A stretch of 64,000 bases of DNA from Methanomethylovorans hollandica DSM 15978 (GTDB lineage Archaea > Halobacteriota > Methanosarcinia > Methanosarcinales > Methanosarcinaceae): positions 1,426,001 to 1,490,000 of the forward strand of contig NC_019977.1 in assembly GCF_000328665.1 (NCBI RefSeq), in the 5' to 3' direction. A model generated the notes under the pieces. That model ran no database searches. It was not told the DNA's origin and was given only the letters and a program-made list of their open reading frames with translations. Of this stretch, positions 29,942 to 38,587 are shown piece after piece. The position numbers and the translations under genes were made by a program. The number at the start of each line of letters is the position of its first letter. Position 1 is the first letter of the stretch.

Positions 29942-30249
29942 GCTTGCACCTTATTTTTAATATCCACACCTTGCTATTAAAAACTTCCTTTCCTGAGCAT
30001 GCTGCGAATTGTATGGATACGGCTGGCAATATTATGGAGCATGTTCTCAATGTTCATTGATGGATCCATGCTGTTCGATAGCCCTGATGTCGCGTAAAAA
30101 GAACTCATGTGGATTATTATTCACATGATCCGACCAAATTTGATCTCATTCACCAAACCATTCGTCTCTTGATATTTCACCATAATAGGGATCATCGTCT
30201 TCAATAATTTCGTATCTGGCTTTTTCAAGGGCTGCCTGAATGTATTCAA

Positions 30250-31603
30250 CATCTACAGGCAGGAGTCCCCTTGCGGAAGCTGGGGGAGGAATGCCGTGCA
30301 TATTAACCGATTACAACTAAATATTTACATGTTATCTATAAATACTTGCGTGTGAATTACTATGCATGGAATCTACTAGAACTATCCAACTGAAAATAGC
30401 TGATCCTGATTTTGATCTAGTAGAAACCATAAAGAAATATGCACAAGGTATGAACTACGTTTCTGAAATTGTTTTTGATAATGAGAAAGTAATACCTGCT
30501 AGGAAGTTACAACCTTTAGTTTACAACCACTTAAGAGAAGAACTTGGTTTGAAATCTCAGGTTAGTTGTAATATACCCAGACAAGTAGCTGGTACCTATA
30601 AAACAATTGTAGAACTTGCTAAACAAGGTTTGAGTTATTGGCAAAAGATAGTATATTCTCCTACATCGATGATATTGTCGTATAAGAGAGATTATACTAT
30701 AACTGAAAACTCAGTTAGTATAACTACTTTTAGCAGTGGAAGGAAGACCTACCAACTTGTTAATTACCCTTATGCAATGCAGTTTTTTAAGTCTCCCTGG
30801 AAGTTTGGAGCATCGAAAGTAGTCAAACATGATGATGGATCATATTACTTCCATCTGACCGTATATCAGGAAATACCCGATAAACGAACTGAAGATGCTT
30901 CTACATTCATGGGAATTGATGTTGGTATGAACTATCTGGCTGTTGCATCTACCACCGATAAGAAATGTAAGTTTTTTGCTGGTGGAGAGATTAAGAACCA
31001 GAGAAATATCTACAAGAACATGAGAGCAAGGTTACAGTCTAAGGGAACTTCATCGGCTAAAAGTGTGATGAAACAATTAGCTGGTAAAGAGAAACGTCTA
31101 ATGAAAGATGTAAACCATTGCATATCTAAAGCTATTGTTAAATTTGCAGCAGAGAACAATGTTTCAGTAATCGGGTTTGAAGATCTGACTGGTATAAGAA
31201 CACGAACTGAACACAATATATCAAAGAAACATCGGTACCATCACAGCAGTTGGGCTTTCAGACAACTGCAATCATTTGTAGCGTATAAAGCGAAATTAGC
31301 TGGAATTATTACCGAATATGTAGATCCTGCATTTACTTCCCAGACATGTTTCCGCTGTAATCATATTAGCAGGAACAATCGACACAGCCTCAAATTCCAT
31401 TGTGAAATTTGTGGTTATGAGGTGAATGCTGATCTTAATGCTGCAAGTAACTTAGAGCATAGAACACGAGATTTTAGGTATACCTTAGAATCTCAGGGGT
31501 GTCAGTCAATCACCCATACGCACGAGATGATCTGATATTATTATCAGTGACATGCAAGCCCTTTCCTCGACACGCTGTAGCGTGGCAGGGAGGGGTAATT
31601 GAC
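30250..31603 (+). mobile_element. IS200/IS605-family (IS1341-type) element 3
   Basis: Ends defined by the restored hicB frame; preceded by TTCAA, ends in TTGAC; left end CAGGCAGG...GGAGGAATGCCGT shared with element 1. Confidence 0.9.
30366..31535 (+). CDS. tnpB: RNA-guided endonuclease TnpB
   Basis: GIDVG / GFEDL / NADLNAA RuvC; CFRC-CEIC. Confidence 0.95.
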   Translation: MESTRTIQLKIADPDFDLVETIKKYAQGMNYVSEIVFDNEKVIPARKLQPLVYNHLREELGLKSQVSCNIPRQVAGTYKTIVELAKQGLSYWQKIVYSPTSMILSYKRDYTITENSVSITTFSSGRKTYQLVNYPYAMQFFKSPWKFGASKVVKHDDGSYYFHLTVYQEIPDKRTEDASTFMGIDVGMNYLAVASTTDKKCKFFAGGEIKNQRNIYKNMRARLQSKGTSSAKSVMKQLAGKEKRLMKDVNHCISKAIVKFAAENNVSVIGFEDLTGIRTRTEHNISKKHRYHHSSWAFRQLQSFVAYKAKLAGIITEYVDPAFTSQTCFRCNHISRNNRHSLKFHCEICGYEVNADLNAASNLEHRTRDFRYTLESQGCQSITHTHEMI

Positions 31604-31669
31604 TAAGCATTTGTAGCATTCGTGAAGTTTGCTATAAGATATAGTTAACAACAGATATGTGTCTTCACC

Positions 31670-31841
31670 AGTCCTTTACGACATTGCAGCTTTGCGTTAA
31701 AAAACAGTTGCAGTAACAAATCTGTACAATATATTCTCAACGCAAAGGCGCTAAGACGCCAAGGCGCAAAGAAGTAAAGAAAAGAATAACAGGTTTGTGC
31801 CCCCGCGATACTGCGGCTTCACATTAAAGATCTATCAGTAA
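31670..31841 (+). repeat. Octamer-unit palindromic repeat, right half plus one further copy in tandem
   Basis: CTTTGCGTTAAAAAACAGTTGCAGTAACAAATC then TACAATATATTCTCAACGCAAAGGCGCTAAGACGCCAAGGCGCAAAG. Confidence 0.85.
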
Positions 31842-31994
31842 GAAACAAACATAGCCGGAGAACTATTGAGCAAATCATCCAGATTATAGATACTTACTGC
31901 ATAGTAACATTACTATAACTTTTGATCACTGCTGCTTTCATATAGATCTGCATATGTCCCTTTCGTTTCATCGTTACAGAACGTAGGATTGATC

Positions 31995-32261
31995 TCAGAG
32001 CTTGCGGTAGATCACACTTCGATGACCAATGTCGATTACGAAGACAATTAGTTTGTCGCCGTCAATGCTCATGATCACACGATATTCTCCTATCCTTAAT
32101 GAATACAAAGGAGATCCCGGAGATCCTCTGAGTTTCTTTACGTGAGCTTTTGGGTCCTCTTGTATCTCCTTGATAGCAATGACTATTCTTTTCGCTACGT
32201 CAGTAGGAAGTTTCTGCAAATCTCTTCTTGCTCCGGGAGAATACAGGATGGAATACATCAA
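31995..32261 (-). CDS. relE: RelE/ParE-family toxin
   Basis: ARRDLQKL...KKLRG...YSLRIGEYRVI...IGHRSVIY. Confidence 0.9.
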   Translation of the reverse strand: MMYSILYSPGARRDLQKLPTDVAKRIVIAIKEIQEDPKAHVKKLRGSPGSPLYSLRIGEYRVIMSIDGDKLIVFVIDIGHRSVIYRKL

Positions 32262-32491
32262 CTAAGCCCCAGTTCAGCTTCAATTGCTTCCTGGGTGTAG
32301 TATTTCCCCTTTTTCAGGTCTTGAAGAGCCTCTGCGATCCTTTCAAGGGTTGCATCGCTCAAAGGCTCGTTATCATATGCTATGTTCAGCAGACGGGCGA
32401 TCACATCATTATATGATTCCCTGGAATGCAGTTTCAGATCATCAAGCCTACCTTTCAGCTTTGGATCAACTTTTATTGTAGTTGCGTGCAT
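32258..32491 (-). CDS. Cognate antitoxin (RHH-like)
   Basis: TTIKV...ESYNDVIARLL N-terminus; overlaps the toxin start. Confidence 0.85.
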   Translation of the reverse strand: MHATTIKVDPKLKGRLDDLKLHSRESYNDVIARLLNIAYDNEPLSDATLERIAEALQDLKKGKYYTQEAIEAELGLS

Positions 32492-32660
32492 ATACTATGG
32501 TATATGTAGGTATACCATAAATACCTGTTCTTTATACATGGAAAAAACAACCACTCGTCCATTATAAAAGGATTTGAATGCAAATTCACAGGCATCAGGG
32601 ATATGAAATAATGCTCCTCCATTTGGGATAATTATCTTGAAGGATGTGATCATTGCAATT

Positions 32661-32875
32661 TTGCGTTTAAAATTATTTGCATTAAGAGATTAATGAACCT
32701 AAAAAATGAACATAAGAAATTAATATTAAATTATAATATTGTTTTATAATTAATAAAGTATGTACACAATTTTTATTAACGCAAAGGCGCTAAGACGCCA
32801 AGGCGCAAAGAGTAACTAAATAAGTTTTACGTCTTCATGCCCTTACAGCTTTGTGTTAAATAGGATTTGTAATAC
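32661..32875 (+). repeat. Octamer-unit palindromic repeat: right half, conserved linker and one further copy
   Basis: About 150 bp collinear with 25154-25295, including the AT-rich linker; AACGCAAAGGCGCTAAGACGCCAAGGCGCAAAGA identical to 31739-31772. Confidence 0.88.
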
Positions 32876-33122
32876 CAAATGGATGTGGATTAAAACAATA
32901 ACAGAGATCACAAAAAGATGCACTTGAACCCGGAAAACAAATAAATGAATCTTCACAGCAGCGGTAGAGTCTTTACATCGGCGATACAAAGATCCGGGCG
33001 TGTTAAACAGTTTCTGCATATGCAGATCTCCAAAATGTAATAACCCAATTTCATTTTTTCGGGCTCGTGTACCATACCCTTGCTTATTCCGAAGGACAGG
33101 GTACTGTAAGCTGTAAGCGATG

Positions 33123-33172
33123 GGTCAATTCCAGTATTTTTCTTTTTGTGACCGTAGATGTCATGTAACAAC
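33123..33172. repeat. 50-bp direct repeat, left copy
   Basis: 46/50 identical to 34641-34690; contains TGAC-CGTAGAT-GTCA. Confidence 0.9.
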
Positions 33173-33384
33173 CTGCGTCACTTGATGGTACGCCCCATCC
33201 GTTCTTGTTCAAAAAGTCTAATGGAAAGGCAACACCTTCGATAATAACCATTAGACAATATGGGATGTGTGGACGCCCTATATATATTTGAGTGTGCAGT
33301 ATCAGAAAGAGTATCTATAATTAGAGACAATATTACCTTTTTTCAAACCGTATCCCGTGATCGCCAGAAAAGAGAAAAAGTAGA

Positions 33385-33555
33385 TTAGTCGTCTAATTTG
33401 AACTGTTTCCTAAGCTCTGGCTCGAAATCCCCGTGTCCGAACTTCTTAAGAATGGCCAGCTTTTCTTCGAATGTTTCCCTCATCCATTTTTTGTGATCTT
33501 CCGGAGGTATATACTCGATCATTCCCGGCTTATATTCCTCTACAATCCTGGACAT
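33385..33555 (-). CDS. 56-aa small protein, candidate antitoxin/immunity protein for the upstream Doc domain
   Basis: MSRIVEEYKPGMIEYIPPEDHKKWMRETFEEKLAILKKFGHGDFEPELRKQFKLDD*; GGTTGAT SD-like and TTTATA upstream; below the ORF-track length cutoff. Confidence 0.6.
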   Translation of the reverse strand: MSRIVEEYKPGMIEYIPPEDHKKWMRETFEEKLAILKKFGHGDFEPELRKQFKLDD

Positions 33556-33762
33556 TATGGATCAACCACTTTGATGAGGATATCTTTTGATATATCAGCA
33601 GACACCACATATAAATAATTCTAAGTTGTAGTCTACATCATGGACAAAAAACAAACAACCCACCAGAATAATAAAGAAGTACCTGTTCTGGAAATAAAGA
33701 TTGGAAAGCATCTAAAGAACAGTATGCATGATAATGATGCACTATTAAAAGAACTTGCAGAG

Positions 33763-34719
33763 TTATAGCTCTGCTGTATTCCTTCTTATCCACTCTTCTA
33801 TTGCGTCCACTGACATTTTATACTCAGCCACTGTGATTAGCATTTTCTTAGTGGTATTTTTATCCGCGACAATTTTGTATCCTCCATTTCTGAGGATAAC
33901 ATCGGCTAATGCAAATGCAGTTCTTTTGTTGCCATCAAAAAATGCGTGAGCCGTTGTGATGGTATGCAATGCTATGGCTGCATTTGCGAAAACAGTTTTT
34001 AAGGGGCTCAATTTATACTGAATAAGGTGATCAATAGTGGCTTCAATCATTGTACCATTTGTGCCGCCATATTTCTCAATGAGAGTATCATGGAGCGTAA
34101 TGATATCTTTCGTCTTCAAGCCGTCCATTAGTAGGGATGGGGTATTATTCGATATACTCTTTTTGGGAACTTCCACTCTGAGAGAAACACTCACGCCCTT
34201 CTCAAAAATAATCCTTGCTGCAAGATCCTGATCCAGAACATACTTAGAGATCCTGTACTTATCGTTGAACTTGTCGATGTTCTCAAATGCTTTGTCAACC
34301 TTTGCAGAATCGTCTAGGACACCTGAGAAATCCCTGTTCTCAAATATCATGTTTTTGTCGATCTCTTTTGTGATTGGTACTGGAACAAGGCCAGATCTGC
34401 AGTTGTGCACTACAATACCGTTTGCAATATAGCTCTCATCTTCCAAGACCGCTATATTGTATACCTGCTTAGGCTCGGATGGCTGTGAAACAATGACAAA
34501 TCCGTATCCTTTGACTGTGCATACCATGTCATCTACATTCAGCTGTCCAGCTTCCACCCACTGGTATACACCGTTGTACATATCCCATTGAAGTATGGGG
34601 TGGTTCGGTGTGATACGAATATGATAAGACGACGTATGCAGGTCAATTCCAGAGTTTTTCCTTTTGTGACCGTAGATGTCATGCAACAACAGAGCACACA
34701 AAGAGTGCGCATAGCCCAC
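33763..34719 (-). CDS. 5'-truncated fusion: intein (Hint) C-terminal part, MuF-like CRS segment and Doc/Fic toxin domain
   Basis: ITPNHP (intein block B), VYNIAV...YIANGIVVHN/C (blocks F/G), CRSGLVPV extein, HAFFDGNKRTA Doc motif; the N-terminal ~28 aa are read through the 50-bp repeat and its flank. Confidence 0.75.
   Translation of the reverse strand: MGYAHSLCALLLHDIYGHKRKNSGIDLHTSSYHIRITPNHPILQWDMYNGVYQWVEAGQLNVDDMVCTVKGYGFVIVSQPSEPKQVYNIAVLEDESYIANGIVVHNCRSGLVPVPITKEIDKNMIFENRDFSGVLDDSAKVDKAFENIDKFNDKYRISKYVLDQDLAARIIFEKGVSVSLRVEVPKKSISNNTPSLLMDGLKTKDIITLHDTLIEKYGGTNGTMIEATIDHLIQYKLSPLKTVFANAAIALHTITTAHAFFDGNKRTAFALADVILRNGGYKIVADKNTTKKMLITVAEYKMSVDAIEEWIRRNTAEL
34641..34690. repeat. 50-bp direct repeat, right copy
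   Basis: 46/50 identical to 33123-33172. Confidence 0.9.
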
Positions 34720-34896
34720 AACCGCACAACATACGGTCCGAATGCAGCCTTGCTTGCAAACCCTTAAATAATTTATATCATATCATGCATCTCATACAAA
34801 AATATCCGAAGCTTCGCAAGTGGTGGATGTAACCGGATTAAAAACTACAATCCTGCGGATGGTACGAACTGTGATAATTATTAAAGAGGCTTTGTT

Positions 34897-35967
34897 TTGA
34901 AAATAGCTATCATTCTGGGCACCCGCCCGGAGATCATCAAGATGAGCCCTGTGATCAGGGAATGTGAAAGACGCGGTTTTGAATATTACATTCTCCACAC
35001 CGGCCAGCATTACAGCTACGAGATGGACAGGATCTTTTTTGATCAGTTGCAGCTCCCGGCAGCCAAGTATAACCTGGACGTGGGCTCGGGCTATCACGGT
35101 GCACAGACCGGTAAGATGCTCGCCGGCATTGAGCAGATCCTCATGGAAGATACACCGGATGTGGTGCTGGTGCAGGGTGATACCAATACCGTGCTTGCAG
35201 GAGCCCTGGCGGCTGCCAAGCTGCACATCAAGGTAGGCCATGTGGAAGCGGGCCTGAGGAGTTTTGACAGGACCATGCCTGAGGAGATCAACCGTATCAT
35301 GGCCGACCATATTTCCGATTACCTTTTCGCACCCACCGCAACCTCGAAGCAGCATCTGCTTGCCGAGGGCATCCCGCAAGAAAAGATCTTCGTCACAGGC
35401 AATACCGTGGTGGACGCCGTGTACCAGCACCTGGAGATCTCTAAACACACCGCCAGTCCCCTTAAGGACATGGAGCTTCAGGAGAAAGGCTATTTCCTCA
35501 CCACCGTACACCGGGCTGAGAACACGGACAGCAAAACACGCCTATCCGCCATACTCGATGGTTTTGGGCAGGTCTGTGCAGAATGCTCCTTACCCATCCT
35601 TTTCCCGGCTCACCCCCGTACCGTGAAGATGATCCATGAATTCAACCTCTCGATCCCCGAAAGTGTGCGCATCATCGATCCCGTAGGCTACCTGGAATTC
35701 CTGCAGCTTGAAAGCGGTGCAAGACTGATCCTCACCGACAGCGGCGGCCTCCAGGAAGAAGCCTGTATCCTGAGTGTGCCCTGTGTTACATTAAGGGATA
35801 ACACGGAGAGGCCGGAGACTGTGGATGTGGGGGCTAATATCATTTCAGGGAAGAATATCATTGCAGGCGTCAGACAGATGATGCAGGCGGGGAATGGCTG
35901 GAAGAATCCCTATGGAGAAGGGGATGCAGGTAAAATTATGATCGATGAACTAATTGCGAATGTGTAA
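34897..35967 (+). CDS. wecB: UDP-N-acetylglucosamine 2-epimerase (non-hydrolysing)
   Basis: GTRPEIIK, HTGQH, VQGDT, HVEAGLRS, TDSGGLQEEA, TERPE, NPYG. Confidence 0.96.
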   Translation: MKIAIILGTRPEIIKMSPVIRECERRGFEYYILHTGQHYSYEMDRIFFDQLQLPAAKYNLDVGSGYHGAQTGKMLAGIEQILMEDTPDVVLVQGDTNTVLAGALAAAKLHIKVGHVEAGLRSFDRTMPEEINRIMADHISDYLFAPTATSKQHLLAEGIPQEKIFVTGNTVVDAVYQHLEISKHTASPLKDMELQEKGYFLTTVHRAENTDSKTRLSAILDGFGQVCAECSLPILFPAHPRTVKMIHEFNLSIPESVRIIDPVGYLEFLQLESGARLILTDSGGLQEEACILSVPCVTLRDNTERPETVDVGANIISGKNIIAGVRQMMQAGNGWKNPYGEGDAGKIMIDELIANV

Positions 35968-36100
35968 ATTATCGGGTGTTACTATATGACAACCGGGTTC
36001 CGCTGCACTGCAGCTTGCTGCAGTTGCCCGGAAGGATGTGCACTTTTAGTTGTGCCTGTCTGATGTGTCAGGCCTGTATTATTATATAATGTAAAGTATT

Positions 36101-36221
36101 TTGATCAATCTCTTTGTGATCGATTTATACAATTTTTATGACTGCCAGGATGCTAAGGAGCAAATAGCAAGCTTTGCGCCCTTGCGTCTTTGCGTTAAAA
36201 ATGATCTGCAGTAACAAATCA
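36101..36221 (+). repeat. Octamer-unit palindromic repeat copy
   Basis: About 100 bp near-identical to 25063-25165 (GATCAATCTCTTTGTGATCGATT...GCTAAGGAGCAAATAGCAAGCTTTGCGCCCTTG). Confidence 0.88.
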
Positions 36222-36386
36222 AGAGATCAGTAACTTCCTCTTGATAACTAATATAACAGCCTATGCACTATATTTTTCAACAAATGATGTGTATCGGATA
36301 TGAGGGCCACATCACAATACTTAAATATCTATAGAAAACTAATGTGCTGTTACAAATTTCATATGTAAATCTATAGATTTCGGTGA

Positions 36387-36493
36387 AATTATAGTTAAAT
36401 ACCGATGGTTTGTAACTTATAAATGCTAAAATCGCATTTAATAGATGGTGATGGTAGTGCCATAAGTTTCAAACAAATGGTTGACAACTATAA
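36387..36493. repeat. ~100-bp direct repeat, left copy
   Basis: CGATGGTTTGTAACTTATAAATGCTAAAATCGCATT...CATAAGTTTCAAACAAATGGTT recurs at 43081-43188. Confidence 0.85.
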
Positions 36494-36931
36494 AACTGTA
36501 TAGAATGGGTGTTGTTACGATGTTAGAATGTGCACCGATAGTGTCAGCAGTTTTGAGCTGGTGATCACAGGCGCAGGGCGTACATTGTTTGCTTACATGT
36601 TCCAGAAGACTTGTAGTTTGCCCTTCATAACTACAGTCCATAGGCTTGTAAACGTCTTCCTATTCGGTATGATACCGCTGATTTCTCCGGGTCTGGGATT
36701 TTTGTAAAAGAAAAATAAGGATAAAAAATATGGAAAGCATAAACACCATGCAAGATGCCTAATCTTTCTTAGTAGCTCTTCAACTATGCGAATTTACATG
36801 CAATGTATTTGAAATGATCTAAATTAAGAAAATATTTGAGTAGGAAATCATTGTAATGGATACACCTGGTATTAATTACTCTTATCTGTAATTTATGTAT
36901 ACTTGCATTTTATTTTCCCGGACTGTTTAAT

Positions 36932-38392
36932 ATGAGTGTTAGGAAGGAATTATTGCAAAAATTCGGATTAATTGGATTTGCAAATCTTGTTTTCTCACTT
37001 AATAGTATAATACTACTACCAGTATTAACAAAAAATCTTAGTATCCTTGAATATGGAATTTGGGCACAAGTAGTTGTTACTGTAGGTTTTGCTCCTTTAC
37101 TTCTTATGTTTGGCTTACAGTATTCTATGGCACGTTTCATTCAATCTGTCGATAGTAAGAAGGATATTCAAGAGATATTCTATTCAGTATTATCATTTGT
37201 TGCTATAATCAGTTTACTTGCTTCTATATGTGTCTACATAGGTGCAGATATTATTTCTTTCTTATTGTTTGATGGAGAAGTAGCTATAGCACAATTGCTA
37301 TCTGTTATTATTTTCACTGAATCAATTAATGCAGTTTTGATCCATTTTTTCAGATCCATTCAAGAAACCAAAAAATATACTATTTTTTTACTCATGCAAA
37401 CTTTAATTCATATATTCTTGACATCTACTTTGGTTTTACTCGGTCAAGGAATCTATGGAGCTACCTTTGCTATTATAATAAAAGGTATTTTGATGTTCAT
37501 AGTAATGTTTTATTTTGTGATTAAAAAAATAGGATTTAAATTACCAAAGTTCAAATTTTTGAGAGAACACATAGCTTTTGGGCTACCTACTATGCCTAGC
37601 GAGCTTTCAACCGGGATAGTTAGTTCAAGTGATAGAGTTATAATATCATATCTATTAGGGCCTATATTTGTTGGATATTATGCACCAGCATATACCTTAG
37701 GGAATAATATTATGTTTGGTTTAATAGCGCCAATTTCTTTGATATTACCTCCATTTCTTGCAAAGCTATATGATGGTAAAGATATTGTAAATGTAAAAAA
37801 TATAATAGAGAATACTTTAAAATACTTCTTGTTTATTGGCATACCTGCTGTTTTTGGCTTATCTATTTTATCTAAACCAATATTGGAACTTTTGACAACT
37901 AATGAGATTGCTTCTGAAGGCTACTTCATTTTATCTATTACTGCAATAAGCACTCTATTATTTGGTGTGTCAACGATAATAAATCAAATATTCATACTCA
38001 AAAAGAAGACACAAATAATTGGAAAGATCTGGCTTACATCAGCAATACTAAAGGTAACTTTAAACTTCTTTATAATACCTCATATAGGAATTATAGGAGC
38101 AGCATTTGTAACATTAATTGTATTTATGTTTAGTTTAACATTTTCTATGTATTATTGCTTAAAATTGATCCGGCTGAAGATGGACTATATTTTTATCAGC
38201 AAAGGTATACTAGCATCTGTATTAATGGCTCTTCCAATTTTAATTGTACATCCCATTGGATTTATTGAAATGTCAATGTGGATTGTAATATCAATATTTC
38301 TTTATATCTCAATAATGCTCTGTTTCCACGCCTTCAAAAAGGAAGAGGTTGAGTATTTAAGAAATAAAATATCTTCGACGTTAAATAGATGA
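36932..38392 (+). CDS. Wzx-type oligosaccharide flippase
   Basis: Many TM helices; LPVLTKNLSILEYGIW, SDRVII, VGYY, GIIGAA. Confidence 0.9.
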   Translation: MSVRKELLQKFGLIGFANLVFSLNSIILLPVLTKNLSILEYGIWAQVVVTVGFAPLLLMFGLQYSMARFIQSVDSKKDIQEIFYSVLSFVAIISLLASICVYIGADIISFLLFDGEVAIAQLLSVIIFTESINAVLIHFFRSIQETKKYTIFLLMQTLIHIFLTSTLVLLGQGIYGATFAIIIKGILMFIVMFYFVIKKIGFKLPKFKFLREHIAFGLPTMPSELSTGIVSSSDRVIISYLLGPIFVGYYAPAYTLGNNIMFGLIAPISLILPPFLAKLYDGKDIVNVKNIIENTLKYFLFIGIPAVFGLSILSKPILELLTTNEIASEGYFILSITAISTLLFGVSTIINQIFILKKKTQIIGKIWLTSAILKVTLNFFIIPHIGIIGAAFVTLIVFMFSLTFSMYYCLKLIRLKMDYIFISKGILASVLMALPILIVHPIGFIEMSMWIVISIFLYISIMLCFHAFKKEEVEYLRNKISSTLNR

Positions 38393-38587
38393 AAGTAGAT
38401 GAAAAATTATTATTTGCCTGCGAAGTTACGCTAAAAAAATAAACATTAATGTGTTGAATATAGTAACTTTTACTTGACGATTTGTTACAGGTATAAATTT
38501 TGAAAACTATAGTATTTAGAAAATTATTTTATTATCAATTATCTTTTTTAATAAAAAACATCCTTCGTAAATTGATATGTATATAAT

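Larger units (their letters stand above)
30146..31610 (-). pseudogene. hicB: Second hicB gene, split by tnpB element 3 and internally deleted
   Basis: Joining 31610-31604 to 30249-30146 gives MLIEYIQAALEKARYEIIEDDDPYYGEI-SRDEWFGE*. Confidence 0.82.

Noticed and set aside
32953..33171. 72-aa ORF sharing LHDIYGHK with the Doc fusion
   Set aside because: The similarity only reflects the 50-bp DNA repeat; no SD or family motif supports a gene
34792..35511. 239-aa minus-strand ORF
   Set aside because: Antisense to GC-rich wecB; explained by codon bias
25063..36221. Repeats as a CRISPR array, or TnpBs as Cas12f effectors
   Set aside because: Repeats are degenerate, irregularly spaced and lack uniform spacers; each tnpB has IS ends; no cas1/cas2
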